Shown piece by piece: positions 60,585 to 64,000 of a stretch of DNA of 64,000 bases. The notes beneath the pieces are model-generated. The model was not told the origin of the DNA. It worked only from the letters and a program-made list of their open reading frames with translations, and did no database searches. Each line of letters begins with the position of its first letter. Position 1 is the first letter of the stretch. The translations under genes and the position numbers were made by a program. Origin of the DNA: Bacteroidales bacterium (GTDB lineage Bacteria; Bacteroidota; Bacteroidia; Bacteroidales; UBA3663); assembly GCA_045545875.1 (NCBI GenBank), contig JAZQBS010000036.1, positions 784-64,783 on the forward strand, written 5' to 3'.

Positions 60585-60588
60585 GAAA

Positions 60589-60753
60589 TTAGGGATATTA
60601 AGGGATAATAGGGATATTTGGGGATATTAAGGGACGTTACCTTTGCCTTGAAGAAATTGGGGCAAGCAAACAATTGTTATTTGTTAATTATTAATTGTTA
60701 ATTGTACATATGTCCCTTAGATTCCCTTAGAATCCCTTAAAATCCCTTAGAAT
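60589..60753. repeat. Composite repeat junction: forward 10-mer arm, reverse heptamer arm, reverse 10-mer arm
   Basis: 60589-60643 AGGGATATTA units ending AAGGGACGTTACCTT; 60671-60705 AATTGTT units; 60704-60753 ATCCCTTAG units. Confidence 0.85.
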
Positions 60754-60833
60754 TATTTGGATAGTTCACGATTATGTAATATCTTTGCAGCGCCAAATAC
60801 ATTACCTTTTGAAGCCATAAAAAGAATCAAGAA

Positions 60834-61460
60834 ATGAACATAAGATTAGAAACTCCCAAAGATTATCGTGAGGTTGAGAACCTTACACGCGAGGCATTCT
60901 GGAACGTCTATCGCCCAGGATGCACCGAGCATTACGTGCTCAATCAGTTCAGAACGAATCCCGACTTCATCCCGGAACTTGACCTTGTGATGGAGGAAGA
61001 TGGAAAGATCATCGGCCATGTGATGTTTTCGAAGGCTGAAATCATTCTTAATGATGGGACCAACTTTCCTTCATGGACATTCGGTCCCATCAGCATCCAC
61101 CCCGACTACAAGCGCAAAGGCTATGGCCTGAAACTACTGAATTATGCCTTAGAAAAGGCCAAGGAAATGGGCATCGGCCTCCTGCAGATGGAGGGAAACA
61201 TCGAGTTCTATAAACACGCAGGCTTCGGCTTGGCCAGCAAGATGAAGATTCACTATCATGCAGAACCGAGAGAGTCTGAAGTGCCTTATTTCCTTGCCCA
61301 GGAGCTGATTCCTGGCTATTGGGGCAATCGTGAGGGAACCTATTGTCCTCCCAAAGGCTATTTCGTGGCCGACGAGAATCCTCAGGCCTTCGAAGCTTAT
61401 GAGGCAACCTTCCCGCAGAAGGAAAAACTCCGCCTGCCAGGACAGCTGACAGAGCAATAA
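60834..61460 (+). CDS. GNAT N-acetyltransferase (YhbS-like)
   Basis: IRLE...REAFWN, GHVMFS, GPISIHPDYKRKGYG, FYKHAGF. Confidence 0.9.
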   Translation: MNIRLETPKDYREVENLTREAFWNVYRPGCTEHYVLNQFRTNPDFIPELDLVMEEDGKIIGHVMFSKAEIILNDGTNFPSWTFGPISIHPDYKRKGYGLKLLNYALEKAKEMGIGLLQMEGNIEFYKHAGFGLASKMKIHYHAEPRESEVPYFLAQELIPGYWGNREGTYCPPKGYFVADENPQAFEAYEATFPQKEKLRLPGQLTEQ

Positions 61461-61487
61461 CATTGATAAAAAATAGAGTAAAAGTTA

Positions 61488-62483
61488 ATGAAGAAGATTA
61501 TTCCTATTTGTTTGTTAGGATTTGTCATGGCCGTTACAACCACCATGATTGCATGCTCGCCAAAACAGGAGGCTGACGAAATCAAGATACTGATAGAGAT
61601 TCGCCCGGAGGTAAACTATGTAACGCATCTCTACACACTTGCAGAGCTGGGATTCTCTGACTCGGAATACGCTGCGAAATATGGTAATACGCTTCCAAAG
61701 GCAGCTATTGACACCCTGCAGAAATACAAAGAGTATCTAACCTTCGGGCAAGGCGAGGGAGGCCCCCTATCCTGGTTTTTCTTCAGAGTTGCCCAAGAGA
61801 CGTTTGCTGATGCTGATGCTCTGAAAGCCATCATGGACGACTATCGCGAAGAGGCCCTAAGACTGGGCATCCCTGCAGACGAAATGGCTATTCCTACTGC
61901 CATTGCCAATGTGTACGTGGAAAACTACGACCATTACCTGCGGGATGTCTATCCTCAAGCGAAGGCAGATATGGAGGAACGTCGGCAGCTGTTGAGTCAG
62001 AAAATGCAGGAGCAATCGTTTGTTAAGGATTGGGAGCGTGTGACGGGTTACAAATGGAATCGAGGCGATTATCACTGGCTGCTATATCGTGCTGGTCAGA
62101 AAGGCCCCTCGTACAACAATCTGAACGACAGCACCAACACCGTCTGGTACAATCAGTACATCGACTACCAGGTGGCGATGTTCAGTCATGAGTTCGGCAT
62201 CTTCCTGATGCAGGACAGCATCGATCCCATCGTGGAGGAAATGAAGGAGTACACACGGAAACTTGATTCAGAGCGAGACCTGACTTACGTTCCCTGGGCA
62301 GCCTTTGAGAGCCTTGCCTGCTGGTACAACTGCAAGATTGCTGGCCGTGAGACAGCCGATTACCATGGTTTCGGCAATGCCGACGTGCAGACTTTCTGCC
62401 AGATATTCGACCGCCTTTCGAAAAATGGCATCAGCGATCCCGCAGAACTCTATCGCAAGGGCATTATTGAGTATTTGAAATAG
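61488..62483 (+). CDS. Hypothetical lipoprotein
   Basis: Lipobox MIAC; HEFG motif (possible degenerate HExxH). Confidence 0.7.
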   Translation: MKKIIPICLLGFVMAVTTTMIACSPKQEADEIKILIEIRPEVNYVTHLYTLAELGFSDSEYAAKYGNTLPKAAIDTLQKYKEYLTFGQGEGGPLSWFFFRVAQETFADADALKAIMDDYREEALRLGIPADEMAIPTAIANVYVENYDHYLRDVYPQAKADMEERRQLLSQKMQEQSFVKDWERVTGYKWNRGDYHWLLYRAGQKGPSYNNLNDSTNTVWYNQYIDYQVAMFSHEFGIFLMQDSIDPIVEEMKEYTRKLDSERDLTYVPWAAFESLACWYNCKIAGRETADYHGFGNADVQTFCQIFDRLSKNGISDPAELYRKGIIEYLK

Positions 62484-62488
62484 TTACT

Positions 62489-63010
62489 ATGGCAATAACG
62501 AGCGAGAGACTGAGACAGACGTTTTCCGAAGGCGGAGCTCAGGAGATATATCACGAAGTGAGGGCTGAAGGTGATTTCCTCGGCTTCGCACAACAGTATG
62601 TCTTTGATCCTGACTATCGGGTGGCGAGAAGCGCCTTGTGGGGACTGACCAAAGCCACCGACGAGGAACTATCTACACTGCAGGTGTTACTCGATGAACT
62701 GATAGAACAAGCCATACAGACGGAGAACTCATCCTTGAGGCGTTTGACCCTGAACATCATCGAGCGATTGAAGATGAACGAGGAAGACCTTCGAACAGAC
62801 TTCCTTGACTTCTGTCTCGAGCATATGGTCAGCATCGAGGAGTTCCCTGGCGTCCAGACACTCTGCATGAAGCTCGCCTATCGCATGTGCAGTTTTTATC
62901 CGGAACTGAAAGACGAGTTGAAGCGCACCCTCGAAACGATGGAGATAGAGTATTACAAGCCTGCCGTGAAAGGTCTGCGCCAAAAGATTCTCAGCGGGAA
63001 ATTCAGATAA
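62489..63010 (+). CDS. Hypothetical helical-repeat (HEAT-like) protein
   Basis: 173-aa ORF, alpha-helical pattern (RVARSALW, RRLTLNII). Confidence 0.7.
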   Translation: MAITSERLRQTFSEGGAQEIYHEVRAEGDFLGFAQQYVFDPDYRVARSALWGLTKATDEELSTLQVLLDELIEQAIQTENSSLRRLTLNIIERLKMNEEDLRTDFLDFCLEHMVSIEEFPGVQTLCMKLAYRMCSFYPELKDELKRTLETMEIEYYKPAVKGLRQKILSGKFR

Positions 63011-63022
63011 AAGTATAATTAA

Positions 63023-63547
63023 ATGGAAACTAATAGAATCATATTGCGCCCTTGGCGAGACAGTGATGCGGAGACGCTATTCAAGTGGGCATCCGATCCA
63101 GATGTCGGACCTCGTGCGGGATGGGCACCCCATAAGAGTGTGGAGGAGAGTCTGGAGATAATCCGTACTGTATTCCAAGATGCCACCAATACTTGGGCTA
63201 TCGAACTCAAGGAGACAGGCGAGGCCATTGGTGCTATGGGCTATGGTCCCTCGTGTGAATGTGATCTGCCCGCCCGCGAGGGGGAACCTCTCATTGGATA
63301 TTGGGTGGCAAAACCTTACTGGAATCAGGGCATCTGTACAGAGGCACTTCGACTGATGTTGGACCATATTCGACAAACGACCGATATCAAATCACTTATC
63401 AGTGGTCATTTCGTAGATAACCCGGCCTCAGGCAGAGTGATGGAGAAATGTGGCTTTGTACCTACAGGCGAAACCTGCATCGATGAAAAGCAGTATCAGG
63501 GTAAAGATCGGCCCATCAGAGTATTGAGATTAGAACTTAACAAATAA
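63023..63547 (+). CDS. GNAT acetyltransferase, RimJ/RimL family
   Basis: ETNRIILRPW, IGYWVAKPYWNQGICTEA, NPASGRVMEKCGF. Confidence 0.92.
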   Translation: METNRIILRPWRDSDAETLFKWASDPDVGPRAGWAPHKSVEESLEIIRTVFQDATNTWAIELKETGEAIGAMGYGPSCECDLPAREGEPLIGYWVAKPYWNQGICTEALRLMLDHIRQTTDIKSLISGHFVDNPASGRVMEKCGFVPTGETCIDEKQYQGKDRPIRVLRLELNK

Positions 63548-63554
63548 AGATATT

Positions 63555-64000
63555 ATGGAACAGAGATTTTGTCAGAGTTGCGGAATGCCGCTAACAGAAG
63601 ATATCCTCGGCACGAATGCCGACGGCAGTAAGAACGAAGATTACTGTATATATTGCTACAGGGATGGACATTTCCTGCAGGACTTCACCATGGACGAGAT
63701 GATTGAACATTGCGCTCAATTTGTGAATTCCGTGAATGAAGGGTTAGAGAAACCCATCACCAAAGAGGAATATATCGGCATGATGAAAACATACTTCCCC
63801 CAGCTGAAGCGTTGGCGCCAAACGTTGGATGTTAGTAACGATGAAGTCATGAATGTTAACCCCGCTTTGGCAGGCATTAAAGTACTCATTGCACAGATGG
63901 CCGACAAACTGCCCATCGCTTACATTTCATCCGTAGACCAAGAAGGTTTTCCCTGGACCAAGGCCATGTTGAAGCCGCGCAAACGTGAGGGTATCAAAAC
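63555..64000 (+). CDS. Zinc-ribbon domain fused to a pyridoxamine-5'-phosphate oxidase-like domain (3' truncated by window)
   Basis: Manual translation MEQRFCQSCGMPL..GTNADGSKNEDYCIYCY...FPQLKRW...ISSVDQEGFPWTKAML. Confidence 0.8.
   Translation, partial: MEQRFCQSCGMPLTEDILGTNADGSKNEDYCIYCYRDGHFLQDFTMDEMIEHCAQFVNSVNEGLEKPITKEEYIGMMKTYFPQLKRWRQTLDVSNDEVMNVNPALAGIKVLIAQMADKLPIAYISSVDQEGFPWTKAMLKPRKREGIK

Overview
Chromosomal window from a Bacteroidales (Prevotellaceae-like) bacterium, judged from repeated TAnnTTTG promoter boxes and Bacteroidetes-type gene content. Most of it is housekeeping: an L-galactose catabolic trio, lgt, xseA, a DEAD-box helicase, slyD, aroC, pyrBI, rpmB-rpmG, recR, smpB, serC-serA, rarA, luxS, pheS and tilS. 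It also holds an orphan 5S rRNA, the SRP RNA and a candidate ~65-nt sRNA. Accessory genes (lipoproteins, outer-membrane proteins, a LytTR/LiaF module, GNATs) dominate the right end. There is no cas gene, transposase or integrase. The most unusual content is non-coding. (1) A 10-unit array of quasi-palindromes with a 41/42-bp period and a 166-bp higher-order period lies inside perfect 28-bp inverted repeats (52616-53254), and a related 42-bp mini-array sits near 339-425. (2) Families of 7-, 9- and 10-mer tandem-repeat 'arms' occur as inverted, partly nested pairs around gene modules and are inserted in-frame in genes such as tilS. (3) A REP-like 18-bp palindrome family has at least 12 intergenic copies. 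All product names are by motif recognition only; no database search was run.
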